Source of the DNA: Candidatus Omnitrophota bacterium
GTDB taxonomy: Bacteria > Omnitrophota > Gorgyraeia > Gygaellales > Profunditerraquicolaceae
Assembly (NCBI GenBank): GCA_026387335.1
Contig: JAPLLX010000001.1
Location: 170,620 to 234,619 of the forward strand
DNA length: 64,000 nt
Direction of reading: 5' to 3'
The notes below the pieces were generated by a model. The model was not told where the DNA came from and made no database searches. It saw only the letters and a program-made list of their open reading frames with translations. Both the position numbers and the translations under genes were made by a program. Below are positions 9,920 to 20,161 of this stretch, in pieces (positions within the stretch are counted from its first letter, which is position 1; every line of letters starts with the position of its first letter).

Positions 9920-11113
9920 TTGAAAGATGAATTCTATAATTTCTTCAAGTTTATTAGCGAGTACGCGTTATATGGTTTGTTATTTTTTTTGTCAATTTCA
10001 AACGCTTTGGTTGAGACTTTTGTAGGTTTGGCAGTTTTTGGTTTTGTCGGACGCAAAGCAATAAGGCCGGACTTTAAGTATCTTAAGTCCTTACCGAATT
10101 TATTTCTTCTACTGTTTTTATTTTTTAGCGCGCTTTCTTTGTTTAATAGCGGAGCGTATCTTAAAATAAGCCTGAACGCTTTACTTGGAAAGTGGATGCA
10201 ATATCTCGGAATTTGTATCATTATCCAAGATGGCATATATGACCAAAAAATAATTAGGCGTGGGGTGTTTATCTTTTTGCTTGGTGCCGCCTTAGTAGTT
10301 CTTTCTGGGTTAAGCCAGTATTTTTTTAACATTGAATTCTTGCGAAATAGAAGTATCGCAGTTTTAAGCAACGGCCTGCATGCCGCGACATCTTCTTTTA
10401 GCCACTACAATGCTTTTGGCGGGTATTTGGTAGTTGTTCTATCTCTTGTCTCCGCTTTATTGTTAGCGAATAATTATTCTCGCCTTAAAACTAACAGTTT
10501 ATCAGCTTTAGCCATCTTATCAACCACGGCAATTATTTTGACTTTTTCTCGCGGTAGCTGGTTAGCTATGTTTATTTCGTTTATTTTTATGACTATTCTT
10601 TCTGAGAGAAATCTTAAGCGGTTAATTCCTGTTTTTCTTGTGATTATTATTTTATTTCTATTCCCCATCTTCCATGAAAGGTTATTTCTTACTTTTAAGG
10701 CCGGCGGTGATAGCGATAGGTTTAGGTATTGGCTGGTAGCATGGAAAATGATTAATGAACATCCATTTTTTGGAATGGGCTTAGGGACGTTTATGGCCAA
10801 TTTCCCAAAATTTCTACCGACTGCAAATATTTCATATGCGCACAATTGTTATTTGCAGATTTGGGCTGAAACAGGTATTTTTGCCTTATTTAGTTTTGGG
10901 GGTTTTATAGTTTCAGTTGTTTATTTTGGTATTAAAAGGTTTATTGATTCCAAGGATTTTGTATTGCTCGGATTATTGTCCGGAGTCGTGGGCTTCTTGT
11001 TACATAGTTTTTTTGAAACGAATTTATATTCTTTACGCCTTGCTATTTTATTCTGGGTTTGGGTTGGCTTGATTATTGTGAGAACGCGAAATGAACAACT
11101 GCCAAAAACATAG
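9920..11113 (+). CDS. O-antigen ligase/Wzy-family membrane protein
   Basis: Polytopic, with the Wzy_C-like motif TFSRGSWLAM. TTG start is adjacent to the upstream stop. Confidence 0.65.
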   Translation: MKDEFYNFFKFISEYALYGLLFFLSISNALVETFVGLAVFGFVGRKAIRPDFKYLKSLPNLFLLLFLFFSALSLFNSGAYLKISLNALLGKWMQYLGICIIIQDGIYDQKIIRRGVFIFLLGAALVVLSGLSQYFFNIEFLRNRSIAVLSNGLHAATSSFSHYNAFGGYLVVVLSLVSALLLANNYSRLKTNSLSALAILSTTAIILTFSRGSWLAMFISFIFMTILSERNLKRLIPVFLVIIILFLFPIFHERLFLTFKAGGDSDRFRYWLVAWKMINEHPFFGMGLGTFMANFPKFLPTANISYAHNCYLQIWAETGIFALFSFGGFIVSVVYFGIKRFIDSKDFVLLGLLSGVVGFLLHSFFETNLYSLRLAILFWVWVGLIIVRTRNEQLPKT

Positions 11114-12401
11114 TTTAGGTATTAAGAGGTATTTTTATCAGCTGCTTTTTAGGTACCTGTCGGTATTTATCCGTCCTGATAATCCGGTAATTGAAATAAA
11201 CCCGGAATCATTCCCGGTAAGCGCTTATTTTAAGAATTCAAAACAGATTTCTTCGGATCAAGATTTGGGGCAATTATTAAATAAGACCCCCGAATATTTG
11301 ATTCTAAATGGGACCGTCCATTACGAAAGGGAGATTTTGTCCTATTTTCGTAAATTAAAAAGTTCTCTGAGCCCTAAAACTAGAGTAATTATTTTGTATT
11401 ATAGTAGTTTGTGGAAACCGCTAGCAAGGCTTGCTTCTTTTTTGGGGATACGTTCCAGGACGCCTGAACAAAATTGGGTTGACCACGATGATATCTTAAA
11501 TATTTTGTCGTTAGCTGATTTTGAGCCGGTACTTATTGATAGAAAGATTATCCTCCCTTTCTATATTCCCATATTAAGCAATTTAATTAATCGTTATTTA
11601 GCCCCGCTTCCATTAATTCGTTCTTTTTGCCTTGTAAATATACTTGTGGCTAGGCCGCTTATAAGAAGTAGAAGAAATGATCTATCTGTATCAGTCATTG
11701 TTCCCGCCAAGAATGAAGCTGGGAACATTGAGAATATAGTCAAAAGGTTGCCAAAGATGGGTTCGGCAGATGAAGTAGTTTTTGTTGAGGGACATTCTAA
11801 AGATAACACCTGGCAGGAAATTAAAAGGGTGGAAGAGGCATATGGTAAGGTTTTAAACATAAAATGCGTTAAGCAGGATGGGAAGGGTAAGGCCGATGCC
11901 GTAAGAAAGGGCTTTGAATGCGCCTCAAAGGATATCTTTATGATTTTAGACGCTGATTTATCTGTCGCTCCCGAAGCTCTCGAGGATTTTTATAAAGCCA
12001 TGTGTGAAGATAAAGCTGAGTTCTTAAACGGAAGCAGGCTGGTTTATCCTCACGATGGCAAGGCTATGCGATTTTGCAATATGGTTGGCAATAAATTCTT
12101 TGCGGCAGTTTTTTCTTTTCTTGTTGGACAGAGGTTTAAGGATACATTATGCGGTACAAAGGCTATCTCCGGAGAAAATTACAGGAAAATCGCCTTAAAT
12201 AGAAGTTTTTTTGGCGAATTTGACCCGTTTGGTGATTTTGATCTGATTTTAGGCGCAACGCGGCTTTGCCTTAAAATCCGGGAGATACCGGTGAGGTATT
12301 ATGAAAGGACCTACGGAAGTACTAATATAAACCGCTGGAGACACGGGTTTATTCTTTTGAAGATGGCTTTATTTTCGGCGAGGAAATTAAAGTTTATTTA
12401 A
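11091..12401 (+). CDS. glycosyltransferase family 2 with N-terminal extension
   Basis: SVSVIVPAKNEAGNIENIV ... ILDADLS ... GSRLVYP. Confidence 0.7.
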   Translation: MNNCQKHSLGIKRYFYQLLFRYLSVFIRPDNPVIEINPESFPVSAYFKNSKQISSDQDLGQLLNKTPEYLILNGTVHYEREILSYFRKLKSSLSPKTRVIILYYSSLWKPLARLASFLGIRSRTPEQNWVDHDDILNILSLADFEPVLIDRKIILPFYIPILSNLINRYLAPLPLIRSFCLVNILVARPLIRSRRNDLSVSVIVPAKNEAGNIENIVKRLPKMGSADEVVFVEGHSKDNTWQEIKRVEEAYGKVLNIKCVKQDGKGKADAVRKGFECASKDIFMILDADLSVAPEALEDFYKAMCEDKAEFLNGSRLVYPHDGKAMRFCNMVGNKFFAAVFSFLVGQRFKDTLCGTKAISGENYRKIALNRSFFGEFDPFGDFDLILGATRLCLKIREIPVRYYERTYGSTNINRWRHGFILLKMALFSARKLKFI

Positions 12402-12454
12402 ACAGTAGGTCATTATTAGCTAGTATATGAATGTCTAAGAAAAATATTTAGCCC

Positions 12455-13399
12455 ATGGATAAGAAGCGAATTTATCTTGTAACTGGTGCAAGCGGTTTCG
12501 TCGGCGCTTGCCTGGTGAGGAGACTGATTTCCAGGAATGAGATAGTTCATATCATTGTAAGAAATAATTCCAATCTTTGGAGGGTTAATGATATCCTTCG
12601 TAAGATTAATGTGCATATATGCGATTTAACGGAGTTTAATAAATTAGCAAGAATAATCCGTAAGACTAAACCGAATGTTATCTATCATTTAGCTACCTAT
12701 GGTGCGTATTCCAGTCAGAATGACACAGATTTGTGTATAGATACAAATGTTAATGGTACGCGTAATTTATTGAATGCTGCTTCAGCGGTCGACTATGAGT
12801 TATTTGTTAACACTGGGAGCTCGTCTGAGTATGGTTTTAAGAAAAAACCGATGAAGGAAACTGATTTACTTGAGCCGGCGAGTTACTATGCCGTAGCTAA
12901 GAGCGCGCAGACCCTCTTGTGTTCATATTTTGCAAAGGAGAATAGTAAGCCTATAGCTACGCTTAGATTGTTTTCTGCGTATGGGCCTTATGAGGGCGGT
13001 AGCAGGTTTATTCCTACGCTCCTGAAAGCTTTGTATAACGGTAAAAAAATGAATTTGGTCTCTCCAGAGATTTCTAGAGATTGGATTTATGTTGAGGATA
13101 TAGTAGACGCGTATTTAATGATAGATAAGCTTAAGAAATTTAAAGGGGAAATTTTTAATATTGGTACCGGGAGGCAGAAGAATATAGAGGAAGTAGTAGG
13201 GCTGTCTTCTAAGATAACCGGTAAGACTACGGTTTTTAATTGGCAGGGCATGAATAATAGGATCTGGGATACTGATTATTGGGTTGCTGATATGAGTAAA
13301 ACAAAGAAACTTTTAAAGTGGCGTCCGAAAGTAGATTTGAAAGAAGGGATTTTACTTACTTGGAGTTGGCTTAGGGATAATTTACATCTTTATGTTTAA
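12455..13399 (+). CDS. NAD-dependent epimerase/dehydratase (SDR); possible NDP-4-keto-deoxyhexose reductase
   Basis: VTGASGFVGACLVRRL Rossmann motif. Paralog of 23165..24118 (about 45% identity by eye). Confidence 0.7.
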   Translation: MDKKRIYLVTGASGFVGACLVRRLISRNEIVHIIVRNNSNLWRVNDILRKINVHICDLTEFNKLARIIRKTKPNVIYHLATYGAYSSQNDTDLCIDTNVNGTRNLLNAASAVDYELFVNTGSSSEYGFKKKPMKETDLLEPASYYAVAKSAQTLLCSYFAKENSKPIATLRLFSAYGPYEGGSRFIPTLLKALYNGKKMNLVSPEISRDWIYVEDIVDAYLMIDKLKKFKGEIFNIGTGRQKNIEEVVGLSSKITGKTTVFNWQGMNNRIWDTDYWVADMSKTKKLLKWRPKVDLKEGILLTWSWLRDNLHLYV

Positions 13400-14149
13400 T
13401 TGCTGAAAACCCAGCGCATTAAGAATATGAATACAGCAAAGCTTAATACTGGACAAAAGAGAACAAGAAGAAGGATAATTGAGATCAGCTATGAATCTAA
13501 ACTTGCTCATCTCGGATCTTGCTTAAGTGTTGTGGATATAATAGAGGCTATATATCTAATTAAAAAGCAGGATGAGCGTTTTATTCTCTCAGGAGGGCAT
13601 GCGGGAATAGCTTTGTATGTTATTTTAGAGAAGCACGGTTTTATTAAACCCGAAGTAATTCCTGCTCTTCATATCCATCCGGACAGAAACATTAATTTAG
13701 GCATAGATTTTTCAACGGGAAGCTTAGGCCAGGGGCTGCCTGTGGCGGTTGGGATGGCTTTGTCTAATAGAAATAGACGTATTTTTTGTGTAATTACCGA
13801 CGGAGAATGCGCGGAGGGAAGTATCTGGGAAGCTTTAAGGATAACATCTGAAAATAAAATATGCAATCTTATTACTATAGTTAACGCAAACGGATGGGGA
13901 GCGTATGATCCGGTTTCTTCCGTATCGCTTTTAAAGCGTATTAAGGCCTTTGGTTTAAATACGATAGAAGTAGACGGGCATAATATAAAGGGAATAACTG
14001 ATGTAATTGAGAAAGCCGTAAAGAATGGCCCTTCAGTGATTTTTGCAAAGACAAGCGTAGAGCAATTCAACTTTTTAAAAGGTCAGGATGCGCATTATTA
14101 TGTAATGGATGAAAATGATTATAAAAGCGCGATGGAGATTTTAAAGTGA
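13400..14149 (+). CDS. transketolase N-terminal (TPP-binding) subunit
   Basis: Split-transketolase N-terminal section motifs (SKLAHLGSCLSVVDIIEA, GSLGQGLPVAVGMA). TTG start at 13400; an alternative ATG at 13427 is possible. Confidence 0.7.
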   Translation: MLKTQRIKNMNTAKLNTGQKRTRRRIIEISYESKLAHLGSCLSVVDIIEAIYLIKKQDERFILSGGHAGIALYVILEKHGFIKPEVIPALHIHPDRNINLGIDFSTGSLGQGLPVAVGMALSNRNRRIFCVITDGECAEGSIWEALRITSENKICNLITIVNANGWGAYDPVSSVSLLKRIKAFGLNTIEVDGHNIKGITDVIEKAVKNGPSVIFAKTSVEQFNFLKGQDAHYYVMDENDYKSAMEILK

Positions 14150-14649
14150 ACGATAATTACTCAACCGTAAGAATGAGGAGATATTTTGTTGATATTTTAC
14201 ATAAGAAAATGTCGGAATATAGAGATATTTGGGTTGTAACCGGTGACCTGGGATATAAAATGTGGGATGAAATCAGGAGAGATTATCCGGGCCGGTTTAT
14301 AAACGTGGGAGCTGCTGAACAGGCTATGATAGGGGTTGGTATAGGGTTGGCCTTAGAAGGCAAGATTCCCTTTGTTTATTCAATATCCCCATTTCTTTTA
14401 TATAGGCCTTTTGAGACTATTAGAAATTACATAAACGAGGAAAAGATTCCGGTGAAATTAGTTGGTTCGGGAAGAGATAAGGATTATATTCATGACGGTT
14501 TCTCTCACTGGGCGCAGGAGGATAGAGATATAATGAAGATTTTGAATAATATAAACGCCAGATGGCCGGAAACTAATGAAGATTTACCCGAGATAATAAA
14601 TGAAATGATTAGAAGAAATTCCCCGTATTATTTAAACCTTAAGAAATAG
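14146..14649 (+). CDS. transketolase C-terminal subunit, pyrimidine-binding domain only
   Basis: Pyr-domain motifs (VGAAEQAMIGVGIGLALEGKIPFVYS). GTGA overlap with the upstream gene. It lacks the usual C-terminal domain. Confidence 0.65.
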   Translation: MNDNYSTVRMRRYFVDILHKKMSEYRDIWVVTGDLGYKMWDEIRRDYPGRFINVGAAEQAMIGVGIGLALEGKIPFVYSISPFLLYRPFETIRNYINEEKIPVKLVGSGRDKDYIHDGFSHWAQEDRDIMKILNNINARWPETNEDLPEIINEMIRRNSPYYLNLKK

Positions 14650-14665
14650 TTATTTAGGAGAAAAT

Positions 14666-15601
14666 ATGAAGAAAATTTCAGCAGTAGTAGCCTGTTATAA
14701 TGACGAAAGAGCCATTCCGCATATGCATAAGAGATTGACCGATGTTTTTAGGAAAATAGGGGTTAATTATGAAATAATATTTGTTAATGACGGTAGTCCT
14801 GATAATACGGAAGTTTTATTGCGTGATCTTGTAAGAAGCGACCCGCACACAATCGGAGTAAACCATTCCCGTAATTTTAATTCTCAGATGGCTTTTACAA
14901 GCGGTATGGATATCGCTAATGGTGATGCGGTAGTTCTGTTAGATGGGGACTTGCAGGATCCGCCGGAGATTATTGAGCAATTTTATAACAAGTGGCTGGA
15001 GGGTTACGATATTGTATACGGAGTGAGGGTGAAACGAGAGGCTCCCTTATTTATGCAAGTAGCATATAAACTATTTTATTACATTTTTCACAAACTTTCT
15101 TATGTGAAAATACCTCTAAACGTCGGAGACTTCTCACTCATGGATAAAAAGGTGATTGAGGTAATGAAATTATTTCCCGAGAGAGACAGGTTTCTTAGAG
15201 GCCTAAGGGCATGGACGGGTTTCCGAAATACAGGCATCCCGTATATCAGGCCGGAGAGGATGTTCGGTAGGACAACGAATAATATTTTCCGGAATTTAAA
15301 CTGGGCGACAAAAGGAATTTTCTCTTTTTCATACGTACCACTTGAATTAATGACATTTTTCTCTTTCTTTGTGTTTATTCTTGCCTTATCCGGAATAATT
15401 TTTCAGATTATCGCAAGAATTCTAGAGCCGAATATTCCGCATGGAATTACAACCGTATTAGTTGTCGTGTTATTTATTGGCGCTATTCAGTTACTGGGGA
15501 TAAGTGTATTAGGTCAATATATCGGTAGGATATTCGAAGAAGTGAAACAGAGGCCTAAGTATATTGTTAAGAGTGTATTCCGTAATGAAGGAAAAGTATG
15601 A
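14666..15601 (+). CDS. GT2 polyprenyl-phosphate glycosyltransferase (GtrB/ArnC/DPM1-like)
   Basis: GT2 core motifs plus two C-terminal TM helices. This is the typical GtrB architecture. Confidence 0.75.
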   Translation: MKKISAVVACYNDERAIPHMHKRLTDVFRKIGVNYEIIFVNDGSPDNTEVLLRDLVRSDPHTIGVNHSRNFNSQMAFTSGMDIANGDAVVLLDGDLQDPPEIIEQFYNKWLEGYDIVYGVRVKREAPLFMQVAYKLFYYIFHKLSYVKIPLNVGDFSLMDKKVIEVMKLFPERDRFLRGLRAWTGFRNTGIPYIRPERMFGRTTNNIFRNLNWATKGIFSFSYVPLELMTFFSFFVFILALSGIIFQIIARILEPNIPHGITTVLVVVLFIGAIQLLGISVLGQYIGRIFEEVKQRPKYIVKSVFRNEGKV

Positions 15602-17679
15602 TTAATCTGATAGTAGTGAATGCAATCGTAATCTTTAGCTCTTGGATAATTGCAAGAAAGTATTTTGGCGTGCGTTTATTTAGTGAATTAATTTTAGTTT
15701 GGTTTATATTGTTCTTTGCTCAAATAGTCTTAGTTGAGATGATATTGGGAATTTTCAATCTGCTCTTTTTTAAGAATGTCTTTTCCGTACACCTGTTAAT
15801 TCTTATATTTATATTGTTGATAAGCCGCAAGAGAAGAATTGCCGAGTTTTTAAAACCTGATTTAGAATTTTTTGTAAATAGCAAATTGCTTTTTTTTGCC
15901 TTCTCTGTATTTGCAGCATTTTTCTTAGTGAGAATAGTTATTAATTTAATGACACCGGCTGTGTTCCCTGACGGATTGCAAATCTATTTATCTTTTCCTG
16001 CAACTTGGATTAAAAGCGGAAATTTGGATAATCCGGTAAATATATTCGGAGCATCGCCTATATTAAACGCAAAATTCTTGCAAACCAGTGCGACTTCTTA
16101 TTATCCTATTAATGGCCAGCTATTCTTTGCCTGGCTTATGTTGCCATTAAGAAGTTCATTCTTAGCAAATATTGGGCAGGCCCCATTTTACATAACAGGT
16201 ATAGCAGTTTTTTATTCAATATTAAGGAAATATGATTTAAATAGAACGATTGCCCTCTTAAGCGGCTTTCTTTGGGCCCTTATCCCTAATATTTTTAAAC
16301 AATTTAGGAATGGCGCTCAAATTGACATCATTTGTTCAGTCTTGGTGCTTTTGTTTTTTTACACAATTTTATTGCTTAAACTGAATTTTACTTTTAAGAA
16401 CGTAATCTTGTTTGGTATATCGGCGGGGCTTTTAATTGGAACTAAGGTTATTAATATTGTATGGTTTGCTGCTTTTCTACCTTTTACCTGTTATGTGTTA
16501 TTTAATGGGATAAAGGAAAACAAGCTTACAATGAGCAAGGTATTAAATTTTACAGGAGTCATTGCTTTAATGGTTATTTTATTCGGTGGTTTCATATATA
16601 TAAAAAATTATATTTTTACTGGTAACCCTCTGTTTCCTGTGAGCTTAAAAGTTTTCGGTGTCACTATCTTTAATGGTTTGCTTGATAACGCCGCATATGG
16701 AATGCAAATTGCCAGCGGAGATAAATTTGATTTAATGAGAATAATTTTTAAAGAAGGTTTAGGTGCGCAATTTTTAGTTTTAGTTTTACCCGGTTTGTTT
16801 CTGCCGGTAGTATTTTTTGCGTATTTAAGAAGAAAGTGCCAGCCTTTTGGAGAGTACGTGCTGATTTTTATCACACCGCTTATAATGTTTTTCTTATATT
16901 ACTTTCTTGTTAATGTGTACGTAGTCAGGTATCTTTTTCCGTTTATAAGTATGGGGTTGATAACTGCCGTTATTTTTATAAGCAGGTTACCTCGCGGAGA
17001 GAGATATTTGACATTGGTTTCATTTATAGCAATTTTTGTTTCAGCTTCCGAATTAGCTCATAGATATGAACTTATTACTTCGCTTTTGCTTTCTTTGATA
17101 TTCTTTATAGCATTAGTAGCATATAAAAAACAATTCATTTCATTTTATAAGAGCAAAGCATTTACTAAGAAGATGATTATTTTATTATCCGTGGTGTTAA
17201 TATTTCTAGGTTACCTAAATGAAAAATATAATAAAGAGGCATATGACCGCTATCCTCTAAGTTTCAGCAAGAAGGAAGCATCGCAGAGAGATATAGCTAG
17301 AGGTTGGAAGGCTCTCAATGACTTAACCGGGCCAGGCGCGCGAGTTGCTTATACCGGCAGGCAGGAGTTTTACCCTTTATTCGGCACGCGGCTTAAGAAT
17401 TATGTAGTCTATGTGTCTATTAATGAAAAAGAAGTTTCTCCTTATAATGAATTTGATGGGTTATTCCGGCAAACCAAGGATTTCCTTGCCTGGAGGATAA
17501 ATTTAAAGAGAGAAAAAATTGAGTATTTATTTATAGCGCATCCATTTTTTAATAGCCGTGAATCGGAAGATCCTGCTAAATTTCCAGTTGAAGATGAATG
17601 GGCTGTTGCGCATCCCGAAGATTTTAAGCTTTTATACAATAATTCATTAGCTCATATATATAAAATTTTAATTAAATAA
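15598..17679 (+). CDS. large polytopic membrane protein, GT-C-like partner of the GtrB-like GT2
   Basis: 693 aa with many TM helices followed by a soluble C-terminal domain. ATGA overlap with the upstream GtrB-like gene. Confidence 0.55.
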   Translation: MINLIVVNAIVIFSSWIIARKYFGVRLFSELILVWFILFFAQIVLVEMILGIFNLLFFKNVFSVHLLILIFILLISRKRRIAEFLKPDLEFFVNSKLLFFAFSVFAAFFLVRIVINLMTPAVFPDGLQIYLSFPATWIKSGNLDNPVNIFGASPILNAKFLQTSATSYYPINGQLFFAWLMLPLRSSFLANIGQAPFYITGIAVFYSILRKYDLNRTIALLSGFLWALIPNIFKQFRNGAQIDIICSVLVLLFFYTILLLKLNFTFKNVILFGISAGLLIGTKVINIVWFAAFLPFTCYVLFNGIKENKLTMSKVLNFTGVIALMVILFGGFIYIKNYIFTGNPLFPVSLKVFGVTIFNGLLDNAAYGMQIASGDKFDLMRIIFKEGLGAQFLVLVLPGLFLPVVFFAYLRRKCQPFGEYVLIFITPLIMFFLYYFLVNVYVVRYLFPFISMGLITAVIFISRLPRGERYLTLVSFIAIFVSASELAHRYELITSLLLSLIFFIALVAYKKQFISFYKSKAFTKKMIILLSVVLIFLGYLNEKYNKEAYDRYPLSFSKKEASQRDIARGWKALNDLTGPGARVAYTGRQEFYPLFGTRLKNYVVYVSINEKEVSPYNEFDGLFRQTKDFLAWRINLKREKIEYLFIAHPFFNSRESEDPAKFPVEDEWAVAHPEDFKLLYNNSLAHIYKILIK

Positions 17680-19076
17680 TGAAAATAGCGCTTGTATATC
17701 CACCGTCCCAGGAATTAAACCTTAAGGGGTATCCTTTAGGGCTGGCATACCTATCGGCCTCTTTAAAAAGAAAACATAAGGTGGATGTATATGATTATAA
17801 TGGCAGGGAGTTTAAGAAGAGCTTGAATTTGTTTTTTAATTCTGTCAGACAATCTAAGCCTGATTTAGTGTCAGTTTCTTTTAATTCCTTTAACCGCTGG
17901 GCTGCGTATAAAATAATTAATAAGGTTAAAAATATCAATAAGGATATTATTGTTGTTTTGGGAGGGGTTCATCCCTCTACAATGTATACCCAGATTTTTC
18001 AAAATTTCTTTGATGATATTGATTTTATTATTCAGTCAGAAGGCGAGAGCTCACTGTATAAGTTATGCAGTGCTTTAGAAACAGGATCAGATTACAAAGA
18101 AATAAGCGGATTAGTTTATAAAGACGGTGACAAAACTTTTAAAGCAAATCCTGTTACCCAGATTGCCGCTAATCTTGATGATTTACCTCTTCCGGATTAT
18201 TCATATGCTTCTCAAAGGATAATGGAGAGCGGGTCCGCGTATCTTATTACTTCCCGGGGATGCCCGGTTAACTGTTCTTTTTGCTCAACTTCTTCTTTTT
18301 GGGGACAGAACGTTAGGATGAATTCTCCGGAAAGAGTGGGAGAGGAAGTGGATTATGTAAAAAGTTTAGGCGCCAAGAGAATCTTTTTTCATGATGATAC
18401 TTTTAATCTCGGGATTGAGAGGACCATTAAGCTGGCCGAGATACTGAAAAATAAGAAAATTGAATATGCTGTTTCTTGCCGGGTAAAGCCCGTGAATGAA
18501 GAAATGGTCGCCAGATTAGTTGAGTCTGGCTGCAGGCATATAACCTGGGGGGTAGAGAGCCTATCCGATAAGATATTGCAGACAATTGATAAGAAGATTA
18601 CTAAAGAAGAAGCGAAGAATGCTTTTGATATCTGCTCTAAATATACTGATAGATTGACTACCAGCGGATTTTTCTGTGTCGGAATCCCGGGTGAAGCTGA
18701 AGAAACAATCAATGAAACAGTTGATTATTTGAATAAATTTATCAAGTCTACCCATGGGCCGGGAGCGTCTATGCTCTATATTTTGCCTGGGACAAAGATT
18801 TACAGGGAGTTGGTTAAGTCTGGGGAGTTTGACGAAAGCATATGGATAAAGACCAATTCAGTTTATTATTATACTGAAGAACATAGTATGAAGGTTTTAA
18901 ATAGATGGAGGAAGAGAGTCAATTCTAGTGGGATAAGGTTGCCATCCAACCTTAAATATTTTTGGGATTATGCCTTGGTTAATAAGGAAGATAATGCGGG
19001 CAGGTTAAGAAAAGCGCTTCGTAAGAATGTCAGGAAAATAACCAGATTTATAAATATGCTGCGCAACAGATACTAG
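17679..19076 (+). CDS. cobalamin-binding radical SAM protein (third paralog)
   Basis: TSRGCPVNCSFCS CxxxCxxC motif. N-terminal B12-binding-like region. Confidence 0.75.
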   Translation: MKIALVYPPSQELNLKGYPLGLAYLSASLKRKHKVDVYDYNGREFKKSLNLFFNSVRQSKPDLVSVSFNSFNRWAAYKIINKVKNINKDIIVVLGGVHPSTMYTQIFQNFFDDIDFIIQSEGESSLYKLCSALETGSDYKEISGLVYKDGDKTFKANPVTQIAANLDDLPLPDYSYASQRIMESGSAYLITSRGCPVNCSFCSTSSFWGQNVRMNSPERVGEEVDYVKSLGAKRIFFHDDTFNLGIERTIKLAEILKNKKIEYAVSCRVKPVNEEMVARLVESGCRHITWGVESLSDKILQTIDKKITKEEAKNAFDICSKYTDRLTTSGFFCVGIPGEAEETINETVDYLNKFIKSTHGPGASMLYILPGTKIYRELVKSGEFDESIWIKTNSVYYYTEEHSMKVLNRWRKRVNSSGIRLPSNLKYFWDYALVNKEDNAGRLRKALRKNVRKITRFINMLRNRY

Positions 19077-19104
19077 GCGTTTATAATAGAAAGAAAGGTT
19101 TGGA

Positions 19105-20139
19105 ATGAGAGAAAGTGTGTTAAAATTATTAAGATGTCCGGCCTGCAAAAGCAACTTATTGTCCTTACGCAAAGAAACCGTCAATGAGATTGAGACTAGA
19201 ACCGGCAGGATTGTGTGTAATAATTGCAGCGCAGATTATAAGATTGAAGATGGGATAATTAATTTTCTCCATAATGCCAATGAGGGAGTTTTGCGTGAAA
19301 GAAAGGCTATGGATGACGATGAGTACATTGTTGATGAAAGTGGCATTAAATATAGAATATCAAATGAAACGATAGAAAAGTTTAAAGATAAATTTCTTGC
19401 TTTGCCCGAAGGAGATGGTTCGTATTTCTTCAAGGCTAACGGAAGTTTTCAGACCACTGCCGAAGCATCAGGTAGATTTTATTCCGCATTAGCGGACCTA
19501 AACCTTAGCGGAAAGGAAAGTGTATTAGAGGTAGGCTCATGTTTTTCTTACGCCTCTTTTAATTTTGCTAAAAAAGGATGTAGTGTAGTCGCTACGGATA
19601 TAAGCAACTACTTAAAGGCCTCTAACCTTTTTATAAAGCAGGCGTATTTTGAAAGAATATTTTCGGATATGCACTATATACCATTTATGGATAATTCATT
19701 TGACATTGTGTTTGGTTCAGCGATTCTTCATCACAGTAAAGACTTGAAAAAAGTTTTTAGCGAGATATACAGGGTTTTAAAGCCAGGAGGCAGGCTTTTT
19801 GTGATTAACGAAGCATGTAGAGGGGTTTTAGAAAAAGTCCATCCAGTTTTTAAGAAAATGGAAGAAAAAGGTTTCGCGGACACCTCTTATACTATTCCGC
19901 AATTTATTAAGGGAGCCAAAGCCGGTGGTTTTAGAAAGGTAAAGGCTATATTTTCGTCCTTAGCCGATGATTATATCTTGAGGCGTAAAAACAGGAATCC
20001 TGACGAGCGCACCTTTAAGCTGGAATTAGCTAACTTTTTTAAGAAACACAGAAGATTAGAGCGTTTAGTATCTTTTTTTATGATACTGCCGAGATTATTA
20101 TTCAGGCCGAAAAGCTGGAAGCTTATTTGCTATAAATAA
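19105..20139 (+). CDS. SAM-dependent methyltransferase with N-terminal Trm112-like zinc ribbon
   Basis: CPACKSN ... CNNCSADYKIEDGIINF, then the MTase motif VLEVGSCFSYASFNFAKKGCSVVATDIS. Confidence 0.7.
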   Translation: MRESVLKLLRCPACKSNLLSLRKETVNEIETRTGRIVCNNCSADYKIEDGIINFLHNANEGVLRERKAMDDDEYIVDESGIKYRISNETIEKFKDKFLALPEGDGSYFFKANGSFQTTAEASGRFYSALADLNLSGKESVLEVGSCFSYASFNFAKKGCSVVATDISNYLKASNLFIKQAYFERIFSDMHYIPFMDNSFDIVFGSAILHHSKDLKKVFSEIYRVLKPGGRLFVINEACRGVLEKVHPVFKKMEEKGFADTSYTIPQFIKGAKAGGFRKVKAIFSSLADDYILRRKNRNPDERTFKLELANFFKKHRRLERLVSFFMILPRLLFRPKSWKLICYK

Positions 20140-20161
20140 TAATCAGAAAACGGAGAGATAA

